Shown: piece by piece, positions 1-10,036 of the stretch
Layout: each line of letters begins with the position of its first letter
Position numbering within the stretch: the first letter of the stretch is position 1
Assembly: GCA_039028615.1 (NCBI GenBank)
Contig: JBCCHT010000001.1
Location: 320,001-384,000 of the forward strand
Direction of reading: 5' to 3'
DNA: 64,000 bases
Origin: Myxococcota bacterium
GTDB lineage: Bacteria > Myxococcota_A > Polyangia > Nannocystales > Nannocystaceae
The notes under the pieces: generated by a model
Database searches by the model: none
What the model was told of the DNA's origin: nothing
The model's input: only the letters and a program-made list of their open reading frames with translations
Made by a program: the position numbers and the translations under genes

Positions 1-841
1 CGACCCGAGCCTGCTGCTCTTGCGGAGCGAGGCTCGACTGATGCTCTTGATCGGCTTGGAGGTGGCCGTCGGCGGCGTCGCTGGCCAGAGCCTCGTGGGC
101 CTCCTGCGCCATCTTGTGCTCGCGATACTCGAGCTCGCGCATGGCCAGCAGGCTCTTGGTGCGCTCGTCGTCCTGCTGCGGCCGCTGGTTGACCTCGCTG
201 GGCTTGGTGTCGGGCGCCTCGCGGGCGAGCTTGCTCTCCCGGTCCTGGTCCTGGGCAATGACCGTCTCGCTGGCAGTCCCGACCTCCGGGTCTTGGCTGG
301 CCTCTTGCTGTGAGGCCTTGGTCTCGATGGAGTCTTGGTCGAGGTTGGTGACCTCGGCCCGCGTCTGCTCCTGGACGTCGCGGTTGATGTTCGACAGGTA
401 GTCGACGTCTTCGGGCGCGTCGTCCTCGTCGAGCACGTCGGGTTGCTCGACCATCTTGAGCGCCTCGAGCACGAAGTCGGGCGGGTTCTGCTGCTCGGGT
501 TCCGGCTCGGGCTCGGGTTCCGGCTCGGGCTCGGGGTCCGGCTCGGGCTCGGGTTCCGGCTCGGGCTCGGGTTCCGGCTCCTTTTCTTTCTTCTTTTTCT
601 TTTTCTTCTTCTCGGGCTCGGGCTTGACCGACTCGGGCTCCGGCTTCGGCTCGTCCTCGGGGGGCGGCGGCGGCTTGGGCCGCTCGGGATCGTCCCGCAG
701 GTCGAGGTAGGTGACCTCTTCGACTTCTGGAGCCGGCTCGGCCTCCATCAGCACGCCGATGCCGTAGAAGCCAGCCACATTGATCGCCGCCGAGACGAGC
801 ACGCACGAAGCGAGCACGACGATCGAGCGGCGACGGCGCAC
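1..841 (-). CDS. TonB-like energy transducer, Pro/Glu/Lys-rich (3' end runs off the window)
   Basis: Open minus frame absent from the ORF track because it has no stop in the window: GTG start, N-terminal hydrophobic anchor (RRRRSIVVLASCVLVSAAINVAGFYGIG), then a PKPPPP/KKKK/(EP)n linker and YLSNINRDVQEQTRA. The C-terminal domain is not visible. Confidence 0.6.
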   Translation of the reverse strand, partial: MRRRRSIVVLASCVLVSAAINVAGFYGIGVLMEAEPAPEVEEVTYLDLRDDPERPKPPPPPEDEPKPEPESVKPEPEKKKKKKKKEKEPEPEPEPEPEPEPDPEPEPEPEPEPEPEQQNPPDFVLEALKMVEQPDVLDEDDAPEDVDYLSNINRDVQEQTRAEVTNLDQDSIETKASQQEASQDPEVGTASETVIAQDQDRESKLAREAPDTKPSEVNQRPQQDDERTKSLLAMRELEYREHKMAQEAHEALASDAADGHLQADQEHQSSLAPQEQQARV

Positions 842-1043
842 GGTCACCCGATAAGGGTAGCCGACCCCCTGGGCCGTCACCAACGCCCGGGGATGACCGC
901 CGTGTAAAGGCTCCGTCATGGAGCCGTCCCCAACGTACGAAGGACGGCGCAGGGTTCGTCGTGCGCAAACGGCCGCCCTCCCCGACGGAGGTGCGGCCGT
1001 TGGTCATCGTCCCGGCGGGACGAATCGGGAGTCGTCGAGACGA

Positions 1044-1706
1044 TCAGTGCAAGCGGCGATAGACGCCGACGACCTTGCCGAGCACATCGACGGCGCGGAA
1101 CTCGTCGCGGTGCACGTAGATCGGGTTGAGGGTCGCGTTGGCTGGCTCCAGCCGGATGCGATCACCCTCGTGATAGAAGCGCTTGCAGGTCGCTTCGCCG
1201 TCGATCATGACGACGACGATCTCGCCTTCGTTCGCGGTGCTCTGCTTGCGGACGAAGATGTAGTCGCCGTCGAAGATGCCGGCCTCGATCATGCTCTCGC
1301 CGCGGACGACGAGACCGAAGACCTCCTTGGCCTTCACCGCGCCCAGGAAGTAGCGGTCGACCACGACGCGGTCGACCACGTTCTCCTCGGCGAGGATGGG
1401 CTCACCAGCAGCCACGCGACCCAAGATGGCGATTTCCATCTCTTCGCCCCGCTTGTTGTCGGTGGACTCCGACGAGGTCTTGGGCTGGTCGAAGTCGACC
1501 GGTCGCAGGGCGCGGCTCTTGAGCTCCTCGCGGATGAGGTAGCCCTTGCGCTCGAGCGCCTTGAGGTGGTCGTTGACGCCATTGGTGGACCGAATGCCCA
1601 TGTGCTCGCCGATCTCGCGTAGAGTCGGCGGATAGCCACGGTCAGAGAGACAGTCGGAAATGAATTGCAGCGCTTGCCGTTGCCGTTGGGTGAGGGCCGG
1701 TCGCAC
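1044..1706 (-). CDS. lexA: SOS repressor LexA
   Basis: LTQRQ...[10 protein letters not shown]...[11 protein letters not shown] winged helix, GRVAAGEP cleavage site, VRGESM (catalytic Ser) and ATCKRF (catalytic Lys). GTG at 1706 is preceded by AAGGAG. Confidence 0.97.
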   Translation of the reverse strand: MRPALTQRQRQALQFISDCLSDRGYPPTLREIGEHMGIRSTNGVNDHLKALERKGYLIREELKSRALRPVDFDQPKTSSESTDNKRGEEMEIAILGRVAAGEPILAEENVVDRVVVDRYFLGAVKAKEVFGLVVRGESMIEAGIFDGDYIFVRKQSTANEGEIVVVMIDGEATCKRFYHEGDRIRLEPANATLNPIYVHRDEFRAVDVLGKVVGVYRRLH

Positions 1707-1810
1707 GAGCGATCTCCTTGGTCGACGGGGGTGAACCGAGATCTCCGGGGTGAGGGAGATCGGACGCCGAGGCGCCACGGGAGCCAAAGGGGGGTGAGCG
1801 GGCGTACCGC

Positions 1811-1864
1811 CCACACGAACGTTCAGTTAGCGCACAGGGCGCCCTGCACTGAACACGTGTACTG
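1811..1864. promoter_or_regulatory. Two candidate LexA (SOS) boxes upstream of lexA
   Basis: CAGTACACGTGTTCAGT (minus, 1848-1864) matches 15/17 of the Myxococcus LexA consensus CTRHAMRYBYGTTCAGS as I recall it. A weaker inverted copy, CCACACGAACGTTCAGT, lies at 1811-1827. Confidence 0.65.
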
Positions 1865-2030
1865 CAATACTGCACCATTGGTCAAGGTTCGCCAAAAAAG
1901 TCGCAACATTGAGGCCCGCGAACGGCTCGACGCACCCGCGGTCGGCCCCTCGCGGAATGAACGGCGGCCGCTCGCGTGTCATGATCCCAGTGGCTGCGGC
2001 TCATTGCAGCCCCACGGAGACAGGAAGTTC

Positions 2031-2243
2031 ATGCCGCTCATCCTCCGCGCCATCATCACTGGCTTTGGCTACAAGCTCGGCGCCGAACTGGGTCGCTACG
2101 CGGCCACTCGCATCGGGCTCATCGAAAAGCCTCAGGCTCAGAAAGAAGAAGCGGCCGAAGATCTGCCCGACGGGATGCCGATGAATCCCGACGACGTCGG
2201 AGCCAACAAGAAGCGCCGCCGCGACGAAGAAGAGCCCAACTAG
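2031..2243 (+). CDS. Small hypothetical protein (70 aa)
   Basis: ATG after GGAGACAGGAAG; MPLILRAIITGFGYKLGAELG...; GC3-rich codons. Confidence 0.65.
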   Translation: MPLILRAIITGFGYKLGAELGRYAATRIGLIEKPQAQKEEAAEDLPDGMPMNPDDVGANKKRRRDEEEPN

Positions 2244-2300
2244 GGCCTTCACCTCGCGACGTGAAAAGAGCCCCCCTGTCCTGCCGCGAGGACGCGGGCG

Positions 2301-2699
2301 TCAGGGCTGCGGCTCTTCGTTGCTCTCGGGCTGGTCCGGCTCGTCGTCACCATCGCGCCGAATCTTGGCGATCTGCTTGGTGATCTCGGGCTGCGCCGGG
2401 CCGTCGCCGTTGCGCGAGAACTTCACCTGCATGCTGACGTCGATGGTCAGGCCCGCGATGACCTGCTGAAGCAGGTCGGCCACGTCCATTCCATCGAGGA
2501 AGCTCCGCGTCTCGGCCGATACGAGGCGAACGAGCTCGTCCTTGGTCGCCTGGGTGACTCCGGTGACCAGCCCCTGCCCCTTACGTAGAGCGGACTCGGG
2601 GTCGAGCAAGCCCGTGAGCTGCTCACCCAATCGGGAGAAGCGGCGCCGCTGCTCACGGCTGTCTTCGCTCCCCCGCGGATCGCCTTCGTCGTCCTGCAT
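2301..2699 (-). CDS. Hypothetical protein (132 aa)
   Basis: MQDDEGD...TKDELVRLVSAETRSFLDGMDVADLLQQVIAGLTIDVSMQVKF; typical codon usage. Confidence 0.7.
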   Translation of the reverse strand: MQDDEGDPRGSEDSREQRRRFSRLGEQLTGLLDPESALRKGQGLVTGVTQATKDELVRLVSAETRSFLDGMDVADLLQQVIAGLTIDVSMQVKFSRNGDGPAQPEITKQIAKIRRDGDDEPDQPESNEEPQP

Positions 2700-3206
2700 C
2701 GGCCGCGAACCTAGCAGCCTCGAGGGGGGCGCGCTGCACGGCGGCAACATCGCACAACGCGCCGCCCGGCCGCGGATGGGCCCATGATGCCGTCGCGAAG
2801 AAAAGAGGTGCGAAATCTCGTACACACCTGGACTTTTGCGCCCCAGGAGCCCTTTCCAACCGCTTTCGGAATGTGCTAGGCAGCGCCCCGCGTTCTTGAA
2901 CTGTTCCGACCTGGCCTTTTGAGACGTTTTTGGCCAACGGTCCATCCTCCCTTACCATCTCCGCACACTTACCTACATCGAACTACCTTTCGTCCTACCG
3001 ACGCACACGATGTAGACCCGCCGGAGTCCCAGACGGACCCCAAAAACGCCCACTCCCGATCCCAAGGTTCACATTCATGACCGCCTACTACATTGGTAAT
3101 CTCTGCGCCGCTCTCGTGACGGTGGGTCTTCTGGTCGGGACCCTCCGCTTCACTCGGCGCCTGAGCTGAGCCCGCGGCATCAAGAGCGGCCTTCGCGCTC
3201 GCTCTC

Positions 3207-4349
3207 GTGTCGTCCCGGGGCAAGCCCGCCCCCTCCTGCAGTCGACGGCAGCACGTGTCCGGTCATCGCAAACGCATCACCGGCGCCTTCATCATCCAAG
3301 GCGACAACATCGTGCCGGTCGCGCAGGAGCGACGACCTCGCAGCCGCTTCACGCTTCAGGATCTCCATGAGATCCGCCTGTTGCTTCGCGGCGACTCCCT
3401 CATCGACTGGCACCGCCTCGCCCTGAGTAGCGAGGAGGACGTCAAGCGACTCCTCCGAGTCAACGGCTTCGATCCCAACGACGCCGAGGACATGGTGCGG
3501 CTTGAGAAGCTCCGCGCCGAGGCCGTCCGCTACATCCGCGAGTCCCTCGGGCTTCGCGTCGACCCCGTGGTCGCCAGCGAGCTCCCGGCCATCGCCGTCC
3601 CCGCCCTCGCCTCGGGCCGCAGCAAGCATCAGCGCCATGCCTGCGTGCTGCTCAAGGTGATGCACATCATCTACCACCTCGATGCGCGGGAGCTCCGAAC
3701 CATCCTGCCCATCGCCGACGACGTGTTGTTCTCCGCCGTCGAGCAGAGCGTGGTGGAGCTGTTCGATCAGCTGCGCGAGAGCGGCGTGCCCGTGGTCGAG
3801 TTCGCCTGGTCGCGCAAGGTCAAGAACTCGCTCATCACCAAGCTGCTGGTCAAGCGCGAGTCGAACGCGGCGCGGGTCTTCGATCGCCTGCGCTTCCGCT
3901 TGGTCGTGGAGCGCGAGGCCGACCTGCTGCCCACGCTCAACCTGATGCTGCGGCGGTTCATCCCGTTCAACTACGTGGTGCCGGGTCAGACCGACAACAC
4001 CCTCATCGACTTGGCGCAGATCGAGCGCCGGGTCGCCCGCTCGCGCGACGTCACCATGGACCGGGTCGACGAGCGCGGCCCCGTCAACGAGTTCTCCGGC
4101 CAGAGCTACCGGGTCCTCAACTTCATCGCCGACCTCCCCGTCCGTGTCGACCGCCTGTTGGCCGACACCAAGGACGCCCACCTCGCCCCGCCGGGCAGCG
4201 TGGTGTTCGTGCTCGCCGAGTTCCAGGTCGTCGACCGCAAGCGCGCCGAGACCAACGAAGAGGGCGAGAGCTCGCACTCGCAGTACAAAAAGCGGCAGTA
4301 CCAGCGCGTCCGCGAGCGACTGCTCCGCGCGCCCAAAGACACCGGCTGA
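3207..4349 (+). CDS. TIGR04552-like conserved myxobacterial protein (start may be later)
   Basis: Motifs SLIDWHRL, SLITKLL, FDRLRFR, PFNYVVPGQ, NEFSG.SYRVLNF, EFQVVD and NEEGESSH..YK.RQ, recognised from memory. Confidence 0.75.
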   Translation: MSSRGKPAPSCSRRQHVSGHRKRITGAFIIQGDNIVPVAQERRPRSRFTLQDLHEIRLLLRGDSLIDWHRLALSSEEDVKRLLRVNGFDPNDAEDMVRLEKLRAEAVRYIRESLGLRVDPVVASELPAIAVPALASGRSKHQRHACVLLKVMHIIYHLDARELRTILPIADDVLFSAVEQSVVELFDQLRESGVPVVEFAWSRKVKNSLITKLLVKRESNAARVFDRLRFRLVVEREADLLPTLNLMLRRFIPFNYVVPGQTDNTLIDLAQIERRVARSRDVTMDRVDERGPVNEFSGQSYRVLNFIADLPVRVDRLLADTKDAHLAPPGSVVFVLAEFQVVDRKRAETNEEGESSHSQYKKRQYQRVRERLLRAPKDTG

Positions 4350-4353
4350 TCGC

Positions 4354-4770
4354 CTACTCGGCGGCCTCCGACGCGACGACCTCGATGGTCCAGACCACGC
4401 GGGCGCGGTGCGGTCGGCAGCGCTGCTCGTCGCAGCTGACGTACTCGACCATGCCTTCGACCTCGTAGAGGCCGGGATGCTCGGGGGCGACGAATCGCGC
4501 CCGCACGCGTAGCTGCTGGGCCTGGGCGTCGACCACGTCGCGAAACCCGAGGCGGTTGTCGAGCACGGTCACCGCCGACGATTCCAGGCGCACGAGCAGC
4601 GATTGCCCCGGCGGGACCTCGTCGAGGATGGTGACCGACAGCTCGCCGCGAGCCCCGGGCTCGACGGGCGGGACGGGGCTTTGCTGCACGCGGCCGTCGT
4701 AGCCGAAGCCCATGCGCTGCGCCGCCAACAGGGCCCCGAACGCGCGGGCGATGGCGGCGGGGCCGAGCAT
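4354..4770 (-). CDS. Hypothetical protein with C-terminal CxxxxC
   Basis: Follows the diguanylate cyclase on the same strand; beta-rich; YVSCDEQRC. Confidence 0.6.
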   Translation of the reverse strand: MLGPAAIARAFGALLAAQRMGFGYDGRVQQSPVPPVEPGARGELSVTILDEVPPGQSLLVRLESSAVTVLDNRLGFRDVVDAQAQQLRVRARFVAPEHPGLYEVEGMVEYVSCDEQRCRPHRARVVWTIEVVASEAAE

Positions 4771-4803
4771 CCCGGGATGATAGCCGAAGCTTCGCCGATG
4801 GCG

Positions 4804-7008
4804 TCAGCTGGCGTCGGACCAGCGACGGACGCAGTTGCGGCCGTGCTCCTTGCACCAGTACAGCGACTGGTCGGAGCGCTCGAGCAGCTCGTTGCGATCG
4901 TTGCCGTCGGCGGGGAACTCGGCCACGCCCATGGAGATGGTGACCTTGAAGCTGCCGTGCTCGGAGTTCATCGTCATCTCGCTGATCTCCTTGCGCAGCT
5001 CGTTGGCGAAGTGCTCCGCGCCGCGGCCGTCGGTGTCGGGGAGCACGAGCACGAACTCCTCGCCGCCGTAGCGAGCCACGATGTCGACGCGGCGGGAGCG
5101 ACCGCCGAACACGGCGGCCACACGGCGCAGGACCTCGTCGCCCACGGGGTGGCCGTAGGTGTCGTTGACGCTCTTGAAGTGATCGATGTCGGTGAGAATG
5201 ACGGCGTACTTCTGACCGGTGCGCTCGGCGAGCGCGTGCAGCTGGTCGAAGCGCTCGGAGAAGGCGCGGCGGTTGGTGAGCCCGGTGAGACCGTCGGTGG
5301 TCGCCCGCTCTTCCATGGACTGGTACATGCGAGCGTTCTGCACGCTGACGCCGACCTGATGGCTGATGACGCGCAGCATCTCGCGGATCTGGGCGGGGTA
5401 ATGCTGGGGCCGGGAGGCGGCCAGGGTGATGGCGCCGAGGACCTGCTCACCGCGCTGCAAGGGCAGGACGAGCAGGCTCTGCGCGCCGCGGAGCCGGGTT
5501 CGCGGGGTAAAGACCACGGTGTCGCCGTCGAGCAGGTCGCCGTTGGCAGGCATGTGGTGGCGATTTTTGATGGCGATGCCGAGCAGCGAACCGTCGCCGG
5601 AAAAGCGCGAGCCCTGGAGGCGCTCGGCCAGCTCCGTCCACGGAGTCGCGCCGTCTTCGGCTCCCTCGGCTACGTCGACGGCGACCACGTTGTGCTCGTG
5701 CCCCTCGTCGTCGGTCCGGGTGATGACCGCCATGTCGTAGCCCGCGATCTTGCGCAGCGCCTCGAAGGTCTTGCGGTGCACGTCCTCGACGGTCAGCGCC
5801 TCGTTGAACAGCTCCGACGCGCGATAGAACTGCTCCTGCTCGTACTTGCTGCGCTCGACCGCGGTGAAGACCCGCTCGTGCTCGACGACCCGCAGGATGT
5901 GGGCCGCCGCCTTGGCGAGCACGGCCTCTTCGTCCTCGGTGAAGGGCTGGTCGCCGATGCGGTCGGCACACAGGACACCGCGCAGGTTGCCGCCATCGAG
6001 CAGGGGCAGCACGCACAGGTCGGTGACCGGCGCGGGACCCTGGTAGTAGGGCGGCACGCGCTTGCCCCCCAGCGCCCGCAGTCGCAGGGGCTTGGGATCG
6101 GCGAGCACGGACGTCAGCAGGCCGGGGCCATCGATGACGCGCGACTGCACGACCAGGTCGCTGTCGGTCGACATCTCCTTGATCGACAGGCGAGGATGGC
6201 GACGCCCCTTGGCGTTGGGATCGGGATCCTCGCACCACAGCAGGGCACAGCTATGCAGGCCCAGGGCCGAGCGCTGCAGGTCCATGTTGTGGAACAGCTG
6301 CTCGTGGATGCCCTCGACCGCGGCGTGAGCCATGCGGAGTTCTTCTTGCTCGCGGCTGCGGGCGCGGCTTTCGGGGGGCAGCGCGGCCGAGATCAGCCGA
6401 AAGTCGCGGGCCTCCTGGCGGATGCGCTCGAGCGTGCTCTCGACCTCACGGTCGTGGCCCTGGCGCAGGCGCCGGACCAGGCTCGACAGCACCAGCAGGT
6501 TGCCCGCCGCGAAGAAGCCGATGAAGGTCAGGTGATAGGCGGGCAAGGCCCAGCCCTCGCGCGCGATGGTCCGCCAGCCCACCAGGCCCTCGAGCGCGAC
6601 CGTGGCCAGCAGCCACACCGCGGCGATGGCCCGATAGCGGTGCACGACCATGAGGAAGGACACCAGCGCGTAGACTAGCGGGTAGAGGAACGAGCGCAGC
6701 TCGCCCGTGGCCGCGATGAGGAAGTAGGTGGCGGTCAGCAGCAGAAGGCCGAGCTCCAGCTCGCCCCAGGCCGTGCCCGAGCCCGCCGCGACGCCGCGCT
6801 GCGGCCACAGCTCACGGGACACGGCCAGCATCAGGGTCAGCCCGAACATGGTGACCACCGCCAGCGGCAGCATCTGTCCCGACCACAGCGCGGGGCCGGA
6901 GACCAGGCCCATGCCCAGCAGCGGCCACAGGCCCAGCAAGACCAGCAGGGCCCATCGCTCGCCCAGCTGGCGGCGCACCAGGAACAGGCGCCGGGCGACT
7001 GCGCTCAC
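4804..7008 (-). CDS. Membrane diguanylate cyclase with two GAF domains
   Basis: N-terminal TM helices, GAF-like segments, TDGLTGLTNRR, DIDHFKSVNDTYGHPVGDEVL and RYGGEEF. Confidence 0.95.
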   Translation of the reverse strand: MSAVARRLFLVRRQLGERWALLVLLGLWPLLGMGLVSGPALWSGQMLPLAVVTMFGLTLMLAVSRELWPQRGVAAGSGTAWGELELGLLLLTATYFLIAATGELRSFLYPLVYALVSFLMVVHRYRAIAAVWLLATVALEGLVGWRTIAREGWALPAYHLTFIGFFAAGNLLVLSSLVRRLRQGHDREVESTLERIRQEARDFRLISAALPPESRARSREQEELRMAHAAVEGIHEQLFHNMDLQRSALGLHSCALLWCEDPDPNAKGRRHPRLSIKEMSTDSDLVVQSRVIDGPGLLTSVLADPKPLRLRALGGKRVPPYYQGPAPVTDLCVLPLLDGGNLRGVLCADRIGDQPFTEDEEAVLAKAAAHILRVVEHERVFTAVERSKYEQEQFYRASELFNEALTVEDVHRKTFEALRKIAGYDMAVITRTDDEGHEHNVVAVDVAEGAEDGATPWTELAERLQGSRFSGDGSLLGIAIKNRHHMPANGDLLDGDTVVFTPRTRLRGAQSLLVLPLQRGEQVLGAITLAASRPQHYPAQIREMLRVISHQVGVSVQNARMYQSMEERATTDGLTGLTNRRAFSERFDQLHALAERTGQKYAVILTDIDHFKSVNDTYGHPVGDEVLRRVAAVFGGRSRRVDIVARYGGEEFVLVLPDTDGRGAEHFANELRKEISEMTMNSEHGSFKVTISMGVAEFPADGNDRNELLERSDQSLYWCKEHGRNCVRRWSDAS

Positions 7009-7304
7009 GGCTGTCCTCCGCCGCTGCGCTCCACCTCGAACACCACCTCACCGGGCCGAACCAGGTTGAGGTCTTCGCGGGCGATGCGGGCGACCTCGCG
7101 AGGATCCTGCTTGAGCGCCACGATCTCGGCCCGCATGAGCCGAATCTCCTCTTTGAGCGCCTCGTTGGTGGTGAGGAGCTCCTCGCGCTCACGGGCCACG
7201 CGCTCAAGGTCCTCGGACTGGGCGGTGAGCTCGAGTCGCTCGGGCCAGTAGGCGATGACCCCCGCGACGAGTGCGGCTAGCAGAATGCGGTTGACCCAAT
7301 GCAT
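7005..7304 (-). CDS. ftsB: Septum formation initiator (FtsB/DivIC family)
   Basis: TM segment, coiled coil, IAREDLNLVRPGEVVF. Confidence 0.8.
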   Translation of the reverse strand: MHWVNRILLAALVAGVIAYWPERLELTAQSEDLERVAREREELLTTNEALKEEIRLMRAEIVALKQDPREVARIAREDLNLVRPGEVVFEVERSGGGQP

Positions 7305-7449
7305 CGGCGCGGCGCCAAGCTACCCATCGGCCCCGACCAGACCAAAAAACCCGCCACCCCGAAGCTTGTTTTGTCCTACATTTACACACCCTTATCCCCA
7401 GGCCCCGCGGCCGTAACCTGCCCGCAATGGGCGACGACTTCGCCACGCC

Positions 7450-8133
7450 ATGACCACGCCCGGAAGCGACTCTCCCACCCTCGATTTTTACTGGGGCAGC
7501 GGCAGCCCCTACGCCTGGCGCGCCATGCTCGCACTCGAGCTCAAGGGCCTGACCTACGGGTCCCACCTGCTCGAATTCTCCAAGAAGGAGCACCGCAGCG
7601 AGAAAATGCTGGCCCTCAACCCGCGGGGCAAGGTGCCCGTGCTCGTGCACGGGGAGACGGTCATGTACGAGTCGGTGGCCATCATGGCGTACCTGGACCG
7701 GGCCTTCTCCGAGCCACCGCTGTTCGGCACGACGGCGGCCGAGACGGGCCTGGTGTGGCGGCTGGTGTCGGAGCACGACGGCTACCTGGCGCCGCTGGGG
7801 CTGCGGCTGGCGCGGCCGATCTTCATGGGCAAGGTGGAGGAGAACCGCGAGGACATCGATGCGGCGATCGAGGAACTCAACAAGGAGCTGGGACAACTGA
7901 ACACCCGGCTGGTCTCATCGCCGTGGCTGGCGGGGGAGCGGGTTTCGGCGGCCGATGTGTTCTTTTGGGTGTCGCTGCAGCAGGTGATCCGGGCGGCGGG
8001 GAAGCCGAGCGCGAAGGACCTGAACCTCGGGGTCGATCCTCTGTCCGAGCGGTATCCCGAGCTGGCCGAGTGGAGCGAGCGTTTCGGTGCGCTGCCGGGT
8101 GTCGATCGCACTTGGCCTCCGCACTGGACTTGA
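7450..8133 (+). CDS. Glutathione S-transferase family protein
   Basis: SGSPYAWR, LNPRGKVPVL, YESVAIMAYL and WLAGERVSAAD. Confidence 0.93.
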   Translation: MTTPGSDSPTLDFYWGSGSPYAWRAMLALELKGLTYGSHLLEFSKKEHRSEKMLALNPRGKVPVLVHGETVMYESVAIMAYLDRAFSEPPLFGTTAAETGLVWRLVSEHDGYLAPLGLRLARPIFMGKVEENREDIDAAIEELNKELGQLNTRLVSSPWLAGERVSAADVFFWVSLQQVIRAAGKPSAKDLNLGVDPLSERYPELAEWSERFGALPGVDRTWPPHWT

Positions 8134-8157
8134 GCCGTGCTCGTCCTTCGGGTGGGA

Positions 8158-8447
8158 TGGGCCGACCTCGCGCCGCGAACTAGCGGCTGATTTGATGCGG
8201 TCTGCGGGGGCGTCGGGAGGGGGTCACTGCTTGGGCGATGCGTTGGTTTGCTTCGCGTGGGCTTGGTGAGTGTTCGAATGAACGGCTTGCCTGTTTTACG
8301 GCTGGAACCCTCCCCGGACGTGCTCGGCGGCCGAATTAGCCCAGTGGTTCTCGGCGGCTGTCGGCGGCCGCCTCCGCGCGACCGGGCCCCCTCCATCCTA
8401 CGCGGCTTCGCTTCAGCCCTCCCCCGGCGCTGACTCCCGAGCGGGCG
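8158..8447 (+). repeat. Left arm of a ~280-bp inverted repeat
   Basis: Near-identical reverse complement of 9323-9600, with one ~12-nt indel near the outer end. Confidence 0.92.
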
Positions 8448-8637
8448 GTGGCGTGGGTCCTGCTTGGGTGTTGGGAGGCTTCTCGGTCGTTTTTCGAGCT
8501 CTGCCTTTGCCAACACGGCGCTCATTCGAGGGGTTCGCTGCAAAGCTGCCGCCACGGTTTTTGACGAACTGATTCGAGGTCGTGAAGAGGATACGCGTCT
8601 CGGGCAGCGGTGCCGGCACTTCGACATTCAACGCAGA

Positions 8638-9275
8638 TTGCCGCCACGGGCTTGGCACTTCGCTCCAACACCGTTGGAGCGCCCCCTCTCAACCCACGCA
8701 CTTCTTTGTCGCAGCACCTCGACTCGAACACTCCACATCGGCACAAAAGTGCTCCAACCGTTGCAAGTTGCTGCCACGGGCTTGCCATTTCGCTTCAACA
8801 CCGCAGGCGCGCCCCCGCCTCAACCCGCGGTTCTTCGTCGCAGTACCTCGACCCGAGCATTGCCCATCGGCGTAGAAGTGCTCCAACCGTTACAGGTTGC
8901 TGCCACGGGCTTGCCATTCGCTTCAACACCACAGGCGCGCCCCCGCCTCAACCCGCGCACTTCTTCGTCGCAGTACCTCGACCCGAGCATTGCCCATCGG
9001 CATAGAAGTGCTCCAACCGTTCCAGGTTGCTGCCACGAGCTTCGCTCTTCGCTTCAACACCGCAGGCGCGCCCCCGCCTCAACCCGCGCCTCTTCGTCGC
9101 AGTACCTCGACCCAAGCATTGCCCATCTGCGTAGAAGTGTTCCAACCGTTGCAGGTTGCTGCCACGGGCTTGCCGTTTCGCTTCAACACCGCTGGCGCGA
9201 GCGCCTCAACCCCCGCACTTCTTCGGCCGAGCGCCTCGACCCGAGCATTGCCCATCGGCACAGAAATACTCCCAC
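8638..9275 (+). repeat. Five tandem non-coding 129/130-bp units
   Basis: GCCACG anchor at 8643, 8773, 8902, 9032 and 9161 (spacing 130, 129, 130, 129); units share CGCTTCAACACC...CCTCGACCCGAGCATTGCCCATC...GCTCCAACCGTT. Confidence 0.92.
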
Positions 9276-9322
9276 CACTGATGAGCACCCGCTCCCCCCG
9301 TTCAAGCAACCAAGCCCTCAAA

Positions 9323-9600
9323 CGCCCGCTCGGGAGTCGGCGTCGGGGGAGGGCTGAAGCGAAGCCGCGTAGGATGGAGGGGGCCCGGTCGCGCGGAGGC
9401 GGCCGCCGACAGCCGTCGCGAACCACTCGGCTAGTTCGGCCGCCGAGCACGTCCGGGGAGGGTTCCAGCCGTTAAACAGGCAAGCCGTTCATTCGAACAC
9501 TCACCAAGCCCACGCGAAGCAAACCAACGCATCGCCCAAGCCGTGACCCCCTCCCGACGCCCCCGCGGACCTCATCAATTCGTGGCGCCAGGTCGACCCA
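9323..9600 (-). repeat. Right arm of the ~280-bp inverted repeat
   Basis: Reverse complement of 8158-8447. Confidence 0.92.
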
Positions 9601-9610
9601 CGGAGCCCAC

Positions 9611-10036
9611 CTACCGCCCGTGCAAAATCCCCAACCGCTCGAGCCCACACCCCTTCGCCAAGTCCATCACCTTGACCACAAACTGATGCTCCGTAGCCGC
9701 ATCCGCCCGAATGTTGACCCCACTCGTATCCGAACTATTCGCCGCATTACAAAGCCGCGACTCCAGCTCCGCCTCATCGATGACCCGCCCATCGATCTCC
9801 ATCTTGCCATCCGCCCCCAGCGTGACCACGACCGACTTCGGGTCCTGCTTCACATTGGAGTTGTTCGCCTTCGGCAGCTTGACCTGAAACGACGGGTTGT
9901 TCTGAAACGTCGTCGTCAGCAGGAAGAAGATCAGCAGCTGGAACACGATATCGATGAGCGGCGTCAGCTCGACCACCGCCTGGCCTCGCTGCCGTCGGCG
10001 GGCTCGCAGCCCGGAGGCGCGCGCAGACAGGCTCAC
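9611..10036 (-). CDS. exbD: Biopolymer transporter ExbD/TolR
   Basis: ELTPLIDIVFQLLIFFLLT, IRADA and VVKVMD. Confidence 0.93.
   Translation of the reverse strand: MSLSARASGLRARRRQRGQAVVELTPLIDIVFQLLIFFLLTTTFQNNPSFQVKLPKANNSNVKQDPKSVVVTLGADGKMEIDGRVIDEAELESRLCNAANSSDTSGVNIRADAATEHQFVVKVMDLAKGCGLERLGILHGR

Noticed and set aside
335..907. Plus-strand (GS)n, poly-Phe and (LG)n ORFs
   Set aside because: Antisense shadows of the (EP)n/poly-Lys linker of the minus-strand TonB-like gene.
8638..9275. CRISPR array
   Set aside because: Whole 129/130-bp units are similar, with no unique spacers and no cas genes.
8464..9475. ORFs across the tandem repeats
   Set aside because: Unit lengths alternate 130/129 bp, so the same peptide shifts between frames; codon usage is atypical.
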